Assembly (NCBI GenBank): GCA_040882655.1
Contig: JBBEAV010000015.1
Coordinates: 48,672 to 112,671, forward strand
Direction: 5' to 3'
Length of the DNA stretch: 64,000 nucleotides
Origin: Acidimicrobiales bacterium
GTDB taxonomy: Bacteria > Actinomycetota > Acidimicrobiia > Acidimicrobiales > Acidimicrobilacustridaceae
Shown: piece by piece, positions 45,819-56,322 of the stretch
How the letters are laid out: each line of letters opens with the position of its first letter
Numbering within the stretch: the stretch's first letter is position 1
Notes under the pieces: generated by a model
Seen by the model: only the letters and a program-made list of their open reading frames with translations
What the model was told of the DNA's origin: nothing
Databases searched by the model: none
Program-made: the position numbers and the translations under genes

Positions 45819-46768
45819 TGGAAACGCTTCAGGTCTTGGCTGGTATCTCGTTCGATCCGGGCATCCGCGGCATCCTTGTAGTGCTTGTGGGTGTCGTGGT
45901 GCTGATGGGCTCTACTTATTTGTTGTTAAGCACCAACCTAGGCTCGCGCCTTGGGTTCCTGGTTGCACTCACTGGTCTTTTCGGTTGGCTTGTCATCCTC
46001 ACCTTTATTTGGTGGCTCACGCCGCCGGCAATTGGTCCGCGAGGCAACATCCCGACCTGGCAACCGGTGGAGATTTACGTGAACGGCGGAAATGATCGGG
46101 CTACGACTGACCCACTTAACCTGCTAGCCGACCCTGCTTCGTTGCCCCGCGCCGACGAAATTCTCGCCGAAAACCCAGACCTTGCCGAGGAATTTCCCAA
46201 TCCGAGTGGAACGTCACTGTCCGATATCCAATCCAACAACCCTGACATTGTAAGCGCCTATCTTCCGCCCGATTCGCTGAACGGTTGGAAACTTGTCTCT
46301 GCGTCGAACGCAGGCGAAGCGCAAGCTGCGGCCGATCTCGAACTGGTTAACTCTGGTGTTTTCAAGTCTGCAGCCGACTATAAGAAAATCAATACGTGGC
46401 AGTTTGGCGGGAAGCCAACATTGAAAGACGACTGCCCTGATGGCGGTGTTGTCTGTCGAGTCGTGCATCGAGTGTCCTCGGCCATTCAAGTGAAAAATCC
46501 TACGAATTACAGCGTGGTGCAGGTGCAGCAAGTAATTCCACAGGTAACAGTCCCGGGCCAGGCACCCCCAATCCCAAAGGCTGACCCAAGTAAGCCAGTC
46601 ATCTCGGTTGTTTTCGTTCGAGATATCGGCAACGAGCGCGTGATTCCGTTCTTGTATTTCGTCATCTCTTTGGCACTGTTTGTTCTCACAGCTTGGGCCT
46701 TGCACAATCGTGACAAGACACTCATGAAGAACAAGGCCATGGCCGAAGCCGCGTCGAAAGGGAACTGA
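45818..46768 (+). CDS. Hypothetical membrane protein (2 TM + extracytoplasmic domain + 1 TM)
   Basis: TAATG coupling to the cytochrome c and a 5-nt gap to nuoA. Hydrophobic ends and a Cys pair (DDCPDGGVVC). Confidence 0.8.
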   Translation: METLQVLAGISFDPGIRGILVVLVGVVVLMGSTYLLLSTNLGSRLGFLVALTGLFGWLVILTFIWWLTPPAIGPRGNIPTWQPVEIYVNGGNDRATTDPLNLLADPASLPRADEILAENPDLAEEFPNPSGTSLSDIQSNNPDIVSAYLPPDSLNGWKLVSASNAGEAQAAADLELVNSGVFKSAADYKKINTWQFGGKPTLKDDCPDGGVVCRVVHRVSSAIQVKNPTNYSVVQVQQVIPQVTVPGQAPPIPKADPSKPVISVVFVRDIGNERVIPFLYFVISLALFVLTAWALHNRDKTLMKNKAMAEAASKGN

Positions 46769-46773
46769 ACCTC

Positions 46774-47232
46774 GTGGGGCAGTACCTGCCGATCTTCGCA
46801 ATGCTTGTCTTGGCGATTGGCTTCGCCGTGATCAGCCGCGTGGTATCGCAACTCCTTGCGCCCCGGCGTCCCTCCGAAGCAAAGTCCTCACCCTATGAAT
46901 GTGGCATCGTTCCCGAGGAGGGCCGGCCCGAGCGTTTCCCGGTGAAGTTTTTTCTTGTTGCCATGATCTTTATCGTGATTGACATTGAACTCATCTTCCT
47001 GTTCCCGTTTGCTGTGGTGTTTCGATCACTTGGGGGTTACGGAATCGTTGCCATTCTCATTTTCACCGCAGCAGTGTTTGAGTCTTTTGTGTATTTGATC
47101 GGCAACGGTGCCCTTGATTGGGGCCCGGTAAAGCAACTCCGTCGTTCCGAAGCTGTTTCTCCTGCTCGGACGGCAACAAGCACCATCCGTCGCGTCGGCG
47201 CTGAGGGCCGTCCAAGTCGAGAGGCTGCTTAA
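46774..47232 (+). CDS. nuoA: NADH-quinone oxidoreductase subunit A
   Basis: KSSPYECG, RFPVKFFLVAMIFIVIDIE, GALDW. Confidence 0.95.
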   Translation: MGQYLPIFAMLVLAIGFAVISRVVSQLLAPRRPSEAKSSPYECGIVPEEGRPERFPVKFFLVAMIFIVIDIELIFLFPFAVVFRSLGGYGIVAILIFTAAVFESFVYLIGNGALDWGPVKQLRRSEAVSPARTATSTIRRVGAEGRPSREAA

Positions 47233-47820
47233 GTGTCAAGTGAAAGCAGACCCACAGGCGGAATTCTCGAGTCAGGCCTCGAAGGACTAAGCCATAACTT
47301 TTTGACCGGCACGCTTGAAGAGTTGGTGAAGTGGGCGCGTCGCCACAGTGTGATGCCGGCCACCTTCGGGCTGGCTTGCTGCGCACTTGAAATGATGGCT
47401 GCCGGCGGACCTCACTACGACCTTGCCCGTTACGGAATGGAAACCTTCCGTGCCTCGCCAAGGCAAGCTGACCTCATGATCGTCGCCGGGCGTGTTTCAC
47501 AAAAGATGGCTCCGGTAATGCGCCAGATCTACGACCAGATGATGGAACCTAAATGGGTCATTTCGATGGGCGTCTGTGCATCTTCAGGTGGCATGTTTAA
47601 CAACTACGCCATCGTGCAAGGTGTCGATCAAATCATTCCGGTTGACGTTTACGCGCCAGGTTGTCCGCCATCTCCGGAAACGCTTATGCACGCAATCCTG
47701 ACCTTGCACGACAAGATCAAGAACGGTGAACTGACTCGCCGCAAGGGCGAGGGCGCCGGACTCGTCATCGAGCAACTTGGTATTTCGGGGCCAGTGCCTG
47801 TCACTTTGGGTCAGGGCTGA
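47233..47820 (+). CDS. nuoB: NADH-quinone oxidoreductase subunit B
   Basis: [37 protein letters not shown]. Confidence 0.96.
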   Translation: MSSESRPTGGILESGLEGLSHNFLTGTLEELVKWARRHSVMPATFGLACCALEMMAAGGPHYDLARYGMETFRASPRQADLMIVAGRVSQKMAPVMRQIYDQMMEPKWVISMGVCASSGGMFNNYAIVQGVDQIIPVDVYAPGCPPSPETLMHAILTLHDKIKNGELTRRKGEGAGLVIEQLGISGPVPVTLGQG

Positions 47821-47822
47821 AC

Positions 47823-48353
47823 ATGACTGATGTCGACGCCGGATCCGGCGAGGCTGACACCTTGGCTGAGATCGCACCCGAAACACTTTTCGGAGCATTG
47901 TTGACTCGTTCGCACGAACAGTTGGTGGTGCATCCGTTGCGAGCGGCCTATTTGCCGTTACTCGCTACATTGCATTCCGAGGGTTATCACTCAGTGATTG
48001 ATCTCTGCGGTGTCGACTACCTCACAAACTTTTCACGTTCACTGCCGGCAGGGGTCGAAGCCGAGCGATTCGAAGTTGTAGTGAATCTCATTAATCATCG
48101 TGAGCGGGCCCGTCTTCGACTGCGAGTCCAAGTCCCCGAATCTGACCTCGTGCTTTCTTCCGCATTTAACCTTTATCCGGGAACCGAAGCGATGGAACGT
48201 GAAACCTTCGACATGTTTGGTATCGCGTTCGACGGTCATCCCGACCTCACCCGAATCCTGATGCCCGAGGACTGGATCGGCCACCCACTGCGCAAGGACT
48301 ACGACATCGGCCGTATTCCTGTTCAGTTCAAGGGCGCCCCCGCGAACCGTTGA
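47823..48353 (+). CDS. nuoC: NADH-quinone oxidoreductase subunit C
   Basis: DLCGVDY, RFEVV, ERETFDMFGI.FDGHPDLTRILMP, GHPLRKDY. Confidence 0.95.
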   Translation: MTDVDAGSGEADTLAEIAPETLFGALLTRSHEQLVVHPLRAAYLPLLATLHSEGYHSVIDLCGVDYLTNFSRSLPAGVEAERFEVVVNLINHRERARLRLRVQVPESDLVLSSAFNLYPGTEAMERETFDMFGIAFDGHPDLTRILMPEDWIGHPLRKDYDIGRIPVQFKGAPANR

Positions 48354-48357
48354 CCCC

Positions 48358-49692
48358 ATGACAGCGACACACGAGATCCCAACAAACGTGAATCAAACCT
48401 CTGAGGGTGGTCAGCAACTGACCTCGGCTGGGGTTCTCGCCGCCGCCGAAAAACTGCGCGAGCTCGGATCGGTTCTACGCCTTTCTGAAAATGAAGCACT
48501 GCTTGCCGAGCGCGACCAAATCCCTGATGACGAAACCATGATCATCAACATGGGTCCGCAACACCCGTCTACTCACGGTGTGTTGCGTCTTATGTTGGAA
48601 CTGCAAGGCGAAACCGTTCTTCGCTGCAAGCCAATCATCGGATATCTGCACACGGGCATGGAGCGAACCGGCGAAGAACTCAGTTACTTGCAGGGCCCGA
48701 CCAATGTGACTCGGATGGATTACGCCGCGCCACTGTTTACCGAACTTGCGTTTTCTCTCACCGTCGAAAAACTGCTTGACATTGAAGTACCTGAGCGTGC
48801 GATTTGGATTCGCATGCTTATGACCGAAATGAATCGCATCTCATCGCACCTTTTGTTTATGGCCACTAATGGCATGGACCTTGGTGCTGTTTCGATGATG
48901 CTTTACGGCTGGCGCGAACGCGAAGAGGCACTTCGTTTCCTCCAAGAAGTCACCGGCCTCCGCATGAATCACAACTACATCCGTCCGGGTGGCGTTGCGG
49001 CCGACCTCCCCGATGGATGGCGCGACGGCGTACTGCGCCTGCTCGACATGCTTCCTCCTCGTCTTGACGAGTACGACACGCTTATGACCCAGCAGCCAAT
49101 CTGGCGCGAACGCTTGCAGGGTGTCGGCGCAATCACCGCCGAAGAGTGTCTAGCCCTCGGTGTTACCGGCCCCATGCTTCGCTCAACAGGTTACGACTGG
49201 GACCTGCGCCGAGATATGCCTTACCTCGCCTTCGACCAGGTTGAGTTCGATGTAGTTGTGGGTTCCTATGGCGATTGCTTTGATCGCTATGCGATTCGGC
49301 TTGCAGAGATCCATGAGTCAATGAAGATCGTCCGTCAGTGTCTCGAGAAGATGCCCAAAGGTGACTATCGCATCCAGGACAAGAAAGTCACTCCGCCACC
49401 GCGAGCACGAATCGACGAGTCCATGGAAGCGCTTATTCACCACTTCAAGATTTTCACTGAAGGGTTCAAAGTTCCAGAAGGCGAGGCTTACGTTGCCATT
49501 GAGTCGCCACGTGGCGAGCTTGGTTGCTACATCGTAAGCGATGGTTCCTCGAACCCCTACCGCATGCACGTTCGTGCCCCAAGTTTTGTGAACCTTCAGA
49601 GCCTCCCTCATCTGATGCACGGCAGCCTGATCGCCGACGCTGTGGCGATTATTTCCAGTGTCGATCCAATCCTCGGGGAGGTCGATCGCTGA
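48358..49692 (+). CDS. nuoD: NADH-quinone oxidoreductase subunit D
   Basis: NMGPQHPSTHGVLRL, GYLHTG, RMDY, ESPRGE, DPILGEVDR. Confidence 0.97.
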   Translation: MTATHEIPTNVNQTSEGGQQLTSAGVLAAAEKLRELGSVLRLSENEALLAERDQIPDDETMIINMGPQHPSTHGVLRLMLELQGETVLRCKPIIGYLHTGMERTGEELSYLQGPTNVTRMDYAAPLFTELAFSLTVEKLLDIEVPERAIWIRMLMTEMNRISSHLLFMATNGMDLGAVSMMLYGWREREEALRFLQEVTGLRMNHNYIRPGGVAADLPDGWRDGVLRLLDMLPPRLDEYDTLMTQQPIWRERLQGVGAITAEECLALGVTGPMLRSTGYDWDLRRDMPYLAFDQVEFDVVVGSYGDCFDRYAIRLAEIHESMKIVRQCLEKMPKGDYRIQDKKVTPPPRARIDESMEALIHHFKIFTEGFKVPEGEAYVAIESPRGELGCYIVSDGSSNPYRMHVRAPSFVNLQSLPHLMHGSLIADAVAIISSVDPILGEVDR

Positions 49693-50306
49693 TGGCTCGT
49701 CTCACCAATGACAATGTCGAACTGGCTCGCGAGATCATGAGCCTTTACCCGCGTCCGAAGTCAGCCCTCATTTCTCTCTTACATCTTGCGCAAGAACAAG
49801 ACGGTCATCTCACTGACTCAGCAATGGCTCATATTGGCGAGCTTGTCGGAGTGTCATCTGCGGAAGTTTTGGGCACGGCATCGTTTTACGAGATGTTCAA
49901 GATGGAGCCTGTTGGTCGTTACATGGTCAACATCTGCACGAACATTTCATGCCAGTTGGTCGGCGGCGAGGAACTGCTTGCCCACGCGGAATCAACGCTT
50001 GGAATCCGTCCAGGGCAAACCACTCCCGATGGTCTTTTTACACTGGAAGACGTCGAATGCATCGCAGCGTGCACGGAAGCGCCGTGCTTGCAGGTGAACT
50101 ATCGCTACGAACACCGCATTTCAAACGAAGGCTTTGACCAACTCGTCAATGACCTGCGCACCGGCAATCGTTCCGATATCCCTGATCACGGTGTGCTCGC
50201 TCAGATTCGTCAGCACATACCAGAAGACCGCCGCGCTGGTTCGGTCACGCCTGAAGACACCGCAGTGCCAGCATGGATTTCCGCACCAGAGGAGGCCGAG
50301 AAGTGA
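49692..50306 (+). CDS. nuoE: NADH-quinone oxidoreductase subunit E
   Basis: TASFYEMF, CTNISC, ECIAACTEAP. ATG 49692 overlaps the nuoD stop. Confidence 0.95.
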   Translation: MARLTNDNVELAREIMSLYPRPKSALISLLHLAQEQDGHLTDSAMAHIGELVGVSSAEVLGTASFYEMFKMEPVGRYMVNICTNISCQLVGGEELLAHAESTLGIRPGQTTPDGLFTLEDVECIAACTEAPCLQVNYRYEHRISNEGFDQLVNDLRTGNRSDIPDHGVLAQIRQHIPEDRRAGSVTPEDTAVPAWISAPEEAEK

Positions 50307-51646
50307 TTACTAATGCCCCAAAAATTACGACCTCACGCTTCGACAATGCCGACAGTCATACTCTCGCCGGCTTCGAAGCCACGGGTGGGTATCAGGCACT
50401 TCGTAAGGCGCTGTCAATGGGACCAGCCGCAGTTGCCAACGAGGTCAAGACGGCAACGCTTCTTGGTCGCGGGGGTGCGGGTTTTCCGGCTGGAGTGAAG
50501 TGGGGGCTCGCCCCTGAAAATGTGTGGCCGCGTTATCTCGTCGTCAATGGCGATGAATCAGAACCCGGCACCTACAAGGACCGCATGCTTATGGAGCGCG
50601 ATCCGCATCAGCTCATCGAGGGTGTGCTTTTGGCCAGCTATGCCATTGGCTGCGGACAAGCATTCCTTTATGTACGAGGCGAAATGCCGCTTGCTCAAGA
50701 GCGAATTGCCACAGCCTTGAACGATGCGTACGCCGCTGGCTACATCGGCAAAAATATTCTGGGCTCCGATTTCTCTGTCGATGTCGTGCTCACTTGGGGT
50801 GCGGGCGCCTACATCGTGGGTGAAGAAACGGCCCTCATAGAGAGCCTCGAAGGCAATCGCGGAATGCCGCGCCTGAAGCCCCCGTATTTCCCAGCGGCCA
50901 AGGGCCTCTACATGCAACCGACGATCGTAAATAATGTCGAGACGCTCTCGAATTTACCGTGGATTGTTTCCAATGGTGGAGACGCCTTTGCTGCACTTGG
51001 CGCAGAAACCTCTCGCGGTACACGCATGTTCGCAGTGTCGGGTCATGTCAAGAATCCGGGTGTGTTTGAAGTCGAGTACGGAGTCACCACCTTCCGCGAT
51101 CTGATTTTCGCCCCGCAATACGGTGGTGGCATTCTCGGTGATCGGGCACTGAAGGCATTTATTCCTGGCGGTGCATCTGCGCCGTGGTTTTTTGAAGAAC
51201 ACCTAGATCTTCCATTAGAAAAAGTTACTGTCGATCGAGCCGGCTCAATGCTGGGCTCTGGTGCGGTTGTCGTGATGGATGACACCACCGACGCAGTCAA
51301 AGCCTGTCTGCGTCTTGTCCGATTCTTCGCTCGCGAATCTTGCGGAAAGTGCACTCCTTGTCGGGAAGGCACAACCTGGCTGGAAAACATTCTGCAGCGC
51401 ATCCAAGACGGATACGGTCGTCCGAGCGATCTCGAGTTGCTTCTTGATGTCGCCGACAACATTTCACCCGGAATCGCCTGGCCCCCGAAGCAGACGACTA
51501 TTTGTCCCCTCGGACCATCGGCCGTGTCGCCGATCGCGTCAGCAATGCAGCGATTCCGCCCTGAATTCGAAGCCCGCATTACGCAGGCTGAAGAAAATCG
51601 GCACATGGTTCCGGTAACCATCTCGAAGGCAGCCTCCTATGGCTGA
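50303..51646 (+). CDS. nuoF: NADH-quinone oxidoreductase subunit F
   Basis: GRGGAGFP, NGDESEPGT, GAGAYIVGEETAL, ESCGKCTPCREG, ICPLG. Confidence 0.97.
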   Translation: MITNAPKITTSRFDNADSHTLAGFEATGGYQALRKALSMGPAAVANEVKTATLLGRGGAGFPAGVKWGLAPENVWPRYLVVNGDESEPGTYKDRMLMERDPHQLIEGVLLASYAIGCGQAFLYVRGEMPLAQERIATALNDAYAAGYIGKNILGSDFSVDVVLTWGAGAYIVGEETALIESLEGNRGMPRLKPPYFPAAKGLYMQPTIVNNVETLSNLPWIVSNGGDAFAALGAETSRGTRMFAVSGHVKNPGVFEVEYGVTTFRDLIFAPQYGGGILGDRALKAFIPGGASAPWFFEEHLDLPLEKVTVDRAGSMLGSGAVVVMDDTTDAVKACLRLVRFFARESCGKCTPCREGTTWLENILQRIQDGYGRPSDLELLLDVADNISPGIAWPPKQTTICPLGPSAVSPIASAMQRFRPEFEARITQAEENRHMVPVTISKAASYG

Positions 51647-54323
51647 GGCTGACCTGACTCAGCTCGACGGAGTGACCGTCGAAATCAACGGCGTGGAAGT
51701 CATTGCTCACAAGGGTGAACTCTTGATTGAGGCCGCCGAGCGCGCCGGTTCCTACATTCCGCGGTTCTGTTACCACGACCGCATGAAGCCTGTCGGCATG
51801 TGTCGTATGTGCTTAGTCGAAGTTGATACGGGTCGTGGACCTGCGCTTCAGCCCAGTTGCATGATCGAGTGCACCCCAGGCATGAAGGCCGATACCGAGT
51901 CGGACGTGACGAAGAAGGCTCAAGACGGCATTCTTGAGTTTCTTCTCGCTAACCATCCTCTTGATTGCCCAGTCTGCGATAAGGGCGGCGAATGCCCGCT
52001 TCAGGATCAGACCATGGCCTATGGGCCCGGCGAAAGTCGTTTCGTCGAAGAGAAGCGTCACAAAGAAAAACCCATTCCGATCAGCGATCTCGTTCTGCTT
52101 GATCGTGAGCGGTGCATTTTGTGTGACCGTTGCACTCGGTTTGCCAAAGACGTTGCTGGCGATCCACTGATTCACTTCATTCATCGTGGCAACAACACCG
52201 AAGTTAATACTTTTCCTGATGAGCCTTTTGCCTCGTACTTCAGCGGTAACACCGTGCAGATCTGTCCGGTAGGTGCGCTTACGGCATCGACGTACCGCTT
52301 CAAGGCCCGCCCTTGGGATCTTGAAACCACTGAGTCAACCTGTCAGACCTGTTCGGTTGGTTGTCGCATCTCCATTGATTCATCTCGAGACCAGGTGCAG
52401 CGTTTTGCTGGCGTTGACATTGATCCGGTGAACTGGGGATGGCTTTGCGATAAGGGCCGTTTCTCAAGCGAGGTTGTCACCTCGGAATCCCGGCTCTCTG
52501 AACCGCTCGTGCGCGACGGATCAGGTTTTGTTGCTGCGAAGTGGTCTGATGCATTGAACCGTTTTGCGAAAGCGCTTGGCAGTGCATCTTCACCTCAGTC
52601 GATTGGCGTCATAGGGGGCGCTCGCCTGACCAACGAAGACGCATACGCATGGTCAAAATTGTTCAAGGGTGTCCTTGCTACCGATAACGTTGATGCGCAA
52701 CTTGGGGATGGGCTACCGGCCCATGCGGTCCTCGGACTTCCGGCCGCAACCATTGACGAGGTTTGTGCACCTGGCGGCACCGTGTTGTTACTTGGTCCGG
52801 ACGTGAAGGAAGAACTTCCTGTTCTTTTCCTCCGTCTCCGCCATGCAGCGGTCGAAGATCGAGTCTCACTTGTGGAAATTTCGCCGCGGTCCACAGGTAT
52901 TTCCTCGCTCGCAAAAGCTTCGGTTCATCCTCGTCCGGGAGAAACTGCCGAAGTAGTCGCTGCCGTTCTCGGCTCGGCTCCGATTTCGCGCGAAATTGCG
53001 GGCATTGTCGCCGACGAACTTGAGGCAACACGGCTTGTTCTGGCTTCAGCGATTGGTCCAATCAAGGTCGTCCTTGGGCGTGCTTCGGTGGCGGAGTCAG
53101 CGAGCGTCATCGTCGCCGCCGCATCGGCGATACTCGACGCCCGGCCCGACGCCGTTTTCCTCTCGGCCCTTCGCCGTTCCAATATCCGCGGTGCGCTTGA
53201 TATGGGTTTGGCCCCAGGCCTGCTCCCGGGACGGATAACAATCGAGGAGGGGCGCGAGTGGTATTCCGAAGCCTGGCCAGCGCTTCCAACCGCCTCTGGT
53301 CTCGATACGGAAGGGATCCTTCGTGCCGCTGCCGACGGAAAAATCGACGTCTTAGTTCTCCTTGGCGCTGATCCACTGACCGATTTCCCCGATGCCGATC
53401 TTGCCGAACGTGGTCTCACAGGTGCTCGAACTGTTCTTTCAGTCGACACAACGCTGAACGCATCAAGTAAGCGAGCCGATGTCGTGCTTGCGGCTGCTGG
53501 GTTCGCAGAGAAAGCCGGTACGACTACCAATATTGAAGGCCGAGTGAGCACGTTATCGCAGCGGGTTACCCCGCCCGGAACGGCACGACCCGATTGGATG
53601 CTGGCGACGGAACTTTCGTCACGTCTTGGAACTGATCTCGGATTCGAATCTTTTGCTGATGTTCTGGCTGAGATTTCTTTTGTTGCGCCATCGCATTTGG
53701 CTCTCGATCAGGCGATTGCCGAAGGTGTTCCCGACGGCGTACTCCTTCCGCTTGATGTTGTTGTGATCATTGATGAAGATGATGAAGACATCGTGATCCT
53801 CGATGAAACAGTTACCGTTTCCGAGGACGGCGCTGAGGTCGAGGTAACTGCCGATGTCGTTTTCGAAGAAACTGACGGTTCTGAGGCTGACCAAACGAAC
53901 GGACTCATCGAGCTCATTGTCGACGATTCAGATACTGCTGGTTCAGTGCCCGCGTTCGTGGAGTTCATTCCAGTAGGAACTGTCGTGATCCCGCCGGTTG
54001 ATTCCTATGCGTTCCGACTCGTTGCAACTCGAAAGCTTTATGACCAGGGCACACTTGTTCAGTCGGCTCCCTCTTTGGCCCCGCTTGCTGTCAGCGCTTC
54101 AGTTTCGCTGAATCCTTGGGAGTTCGACCGCCTTGGCGTTGCTGCTGGCGGACGAGCCACAATTCGAACGGCCAAGGCATCTGTAAGCGTGACAGTTCAT
54201 TCCGACATCGGCGTCCCGCGCGGTGTTGCTGCGATGATTGTCAACCAAGCCGATGGGCGCGTAAGCGATCTTATTTCAGCTGATGAGTTAGTTTCCGAGG
54301 TCAGAATTGAGACCTCCTCATGA
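51639..54323 (+). CDS. nuoG: NADH-quinone oxidoreductase subunit G (with N7 motif and acidic insertion)
   Basis: PRFCYH..GMCRMC, NHPLDCPVCDKGGECPLQD, RCILCDRC, ICPVGAL, CQTCSVGC...LCDKGRF. Confidence 0.96.
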   Translation: MAEADLTQLDGVTVEINGVEVIAHKGELLIEAAERAGSYIPRFCYHDRMKPVGMCRMCLVEVDTGRGPALQPSCMIECTPGMKADTESDVTKKAQDGILEFLLANHPLDCPVCDKGGECPLQDQTMAYGPGESRFVEEKRHKEKPIPISDLVLLDRERCILCDRCTRFAKDVAGDPLIHFIHRGNNTEVNTFPDEPFASYFSGNTVQICPVGALTASTYRFKARPWDLETTESTCQTCSVGCRISIDSSRDQVQRFAGVDIDPVNWGWLCDKGRFSSEVVTSESRLSEPLVRDGSGFVAAKWSDALNRFAKALGSASSPQSIGVIGGARLTNEDAYAWSKLFKGVLATDNVDAQLGDGLPAHAVLGLPAATIDEVCAPGGTVLLLGPDVKEELPVLFLRLRHAAVEDRVSLVEISPRSTGISSLAKASVHPRPGETAEVVAAVLGSAPISREIAGIVADELEATRLVLASAIGPIKVVLGRASVAESASVIVAAASAILDARPDAVFLSALRRSNIRGALDMGLAPGLLPGRITIEEGREWYSEAWPALPTASGLDTEGILRAAADGKIDVLVLLGADPLTDFPDADLAERGLTGARTVLSVDTTLNASSKRADVVLAAAGFAEKAGTTTNIEGRVSTLSQRVTPPGTARPDWMLATELSSRLGTDLGFESFADVLAEISFVAPSHLALDQAIAEGVPDGVLLPLDVVVIIDEDDEDIVILDETVTVSEDGAEVEVTADVVFEETDGSEADQTNGLIELIVDDSDTAGSVPAFVEFIPVGTVVIPPVDSYAFRLVATRKLYDQGTLVQSAPSLAPLAVSASVSLNPWEFDRLGVAAGGRATIRTAKASVSVTVHSDIGVPRGVAAMIVNQADGRVSDLISADELVSEVRIETSS

Positions 54324-54383
54324 ACTCGGGCAGTTTCGAAATTTCATTTTTAGTTGTGAACTATCTCTTTGGAGGTACCCCGA

Positions 54384-55592
54384 ATGTTTGGTGGTGACCC
54401 TCTTTTAACTGGTCAGGTTGATCTGACTGTCGTTCTCATCGTCTTGCTCAAAGTGGTTGCGGTATTTGTGTTTCTTTTGGTGGCGACCATGCTGATGATC
54501 TGGTTTGAGCGGAAAGTTGTCAGTGATTTTCAGAATCGCGTTGGACCGAATACTGCAGGTCCATTTGGTATTCTCCAGACTCTCGCCGATGGCATCAAGT
54601 TCTTCTTCAAAGAAGACCTCATCCCTGAGAGAGCCGAGCGAAGGGTCTTTATCCTTGCCCCGTTACTTACTGTCGTGCCTGCATTTTTGCTTTTCACGAT
54701 TGTCCCGTTTGGTGGAGATTTCAGTAACGGTCATGACGGATCGGTCGAATTGTTTGGCCGCACGACGTATCTTCAGGTAGCCGACCCGGCCATCGGAATC
54801 CTTTTCGCGCTCGCCATGTCATCAATTGCGGTCTACGGGGTAATGCTTGCCGGTTGGTCTTCAGGATCAAAGTATCCACTGATTGGTTCGGTGCGCGCTT
54901 CGGCGCAAATGGTCTCATACGAGGCTGCCCTCGGCCTGTCGGTTTGCGCGGTTGTCCTCACTACCGGAACCCTCAGCACTCATGGCATCGTCATGGCGCA
55001 GGCAGGTAGCGGATGGGGCGGCTTCATACCCCACTGGAATTTGATTGCCACGGGCTTCGTACCGTTTGTGGTGTTTTTGCTGGCCAGTCAAGCGGAACTC
55101 AATCGCCCGCCTTTCGACTTAGTGGAAGCCGAACAGGAATTGGTTGGCAGTTATCACACTGAGTATTCGTCGATCCGGTTCGCACTTTTTTTCGTTGCGG
55201 AGTTCATGAACTCCGTGACCATGGCGGCAATTATCGTCACATTGTTCCTGGGTGGCCCGGCGGGACCAGCACTTCTCGGACCAGGTTGGATGTGGGGGAT
55301 CATTTGGTTTTTCGTCAAGATCGTTGCGTTTCTCTTCCTTTTTGTTTGGGTTCGAAGCACGCTTCCCCGAGTCCGCTACGACCAACTCATGGATTTGGGT
55401 TGGAAAGTCCTTATTCCGCTATCTCTAGGTTGGCTACTCCTTCTCGCTACATTTTGGGTGGCACGTGACCAGCAATGGAATGGCTTCATCACTATTGCGA
55501 TTGGTGCCGTTGTGGGTCTTACCGGTTACGGGCTGCTGAAAGCGGCTATCGCAACATCTCGTGCTCGCCGACTTGAAGGGGTGGTCGACTGA
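54384..55592 (+). CDS. nuoH: NADH-quinone oxidoreductase subunit H
   Basis: GGAGG RBS; ERKV, RVGP, QTLADGIK, AQMVSYE, NRPPFDLVEAE, PRVRYDQLM. Confidence 0.97.
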   Translation: MFGGDPLLTGQVDLTVVLIVLLKVVAVFVFLLVATMLMIWFERKVVSDFQNRVGPNTAGPFGILQTLADGIKFFFKEDLIPERAERRVFILAPLLTVVPAFLLFTIVPFGGDFSNGHDGSVELFGRTTYLQVADPAIGILFALAMSSIAVYGVMLAGWSSGSKYPLIGSVRASAQMVSYEAALGLSVCAVVLTTGTLSTHGIVMAQAGSGWGGFIPHWNLIATGFVPFVVFLLASQAELNRPPFDLVEAEQELVGSYHTEYSSIRFALFFVAEFMNSVTMAAIIVTLFLGGPAGPALLGPGWMWGIIWFFVKIVAFLFLFVWVRSTLPRVRYDQLMDLGWKVLIPLSLGWLLLLATFWVARDQQWNGFITIAIGAVVGLTGYGLLKAAIATSRARRLEGVVD

Positions 55593-56320
55593 TGGGTTAC
55601 CTCGGTGGCTTTCTCGTTAGCTTGCGCCAAATTGGCCGCAAACAACGCGTTACAACTCAGTATCCAAAAGAAAAAGCCCCTAAGCCGATTCGAGTGCACG
55701 GACGTCACGTCCTCAATCGGTACGAAGATGGCATGGAAAAGTGCATTGGTTGCGAACTTTGCGCCGGGGTATGCCCCGCTAAGTGCATCTTTGTGCGCGG
55801 TGCCGATAATCCAATTGACGAGCCGGTGTCACCAGGCGAGCGATTTGGTTACATCTACGAGATCAACTACCTGCGCTGCATCCACTGCGACCTCTGTGTT
55901 GAAGCGTGTCCGACCGAAGCCATTACCGAGAGCAAGATGTTTGAGTTCTCGTTTACAAATCGCGCTGACGCGATCTACACCAAGGCCGAACTCGTTGTTG
56001 ATGATGACGGTAAGCCGCAAAAAATGCCCTGGGAAGATTGGCGCGAAGGCGAAGATCTCCCCACCTCGGCCTGGATGCGGGCAACCTCGCCTTCGGGTTC
56101 TGCTGCGTTTGAAGGTGTCGTCGGTTGGTCTGGCGAACTCGGATACGGCATCCGTGCTCCAGAAGCTGCGCAAGACATCAAGGATTCGATAGCGACTCCG
56201 CTTGACATGATTGATGAACAAAGTCATGCCCATCAGGATCATGCACCCGGAACGCAGGAACATGTTTCTCCCGGGCACACCGACAACGATGACGAAGGCG
56301 AACGGGGCGGTGATCGCTAG
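55592..56320 (+). CDS. nuoI: NADH-quinone oxidoreductase subunit I (C-terminal extension)
   Basis: TQYP, KCIGCELCAGVCP, RCIHCDLCVEACP. Confidence 0.96.
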   Translation: MGYLGGFLVSLRQIGRKQRVTTQYPKEKAPKPIRVHGRHVLNRYEDGMEKCIGCELCAGVCPAKCIFVRGADNPIDEPVSPGERFGYIYEINYLRCIHCDLCVEACPTEAITESKMFEFSFTNRADAIYTKAELVVDDDGKPQKMPWEDWREGEDLPTSAWMRATSPSGSAAFEGVVGWSGELGYGIRAPEAAQDIKDSIATPLDMIDEQSHAHQDHAPGTQEHVSPGHTDNDDEGERGGDR

Positions 56321-56322
56321 TA

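Noticed and set aside
54350-54371. Second Rex site between nuoG and nuoH (TTGTGAA)
   Set aside because: Only one half-site; the partner position reads CTCTTTG rather than TTCACAA.
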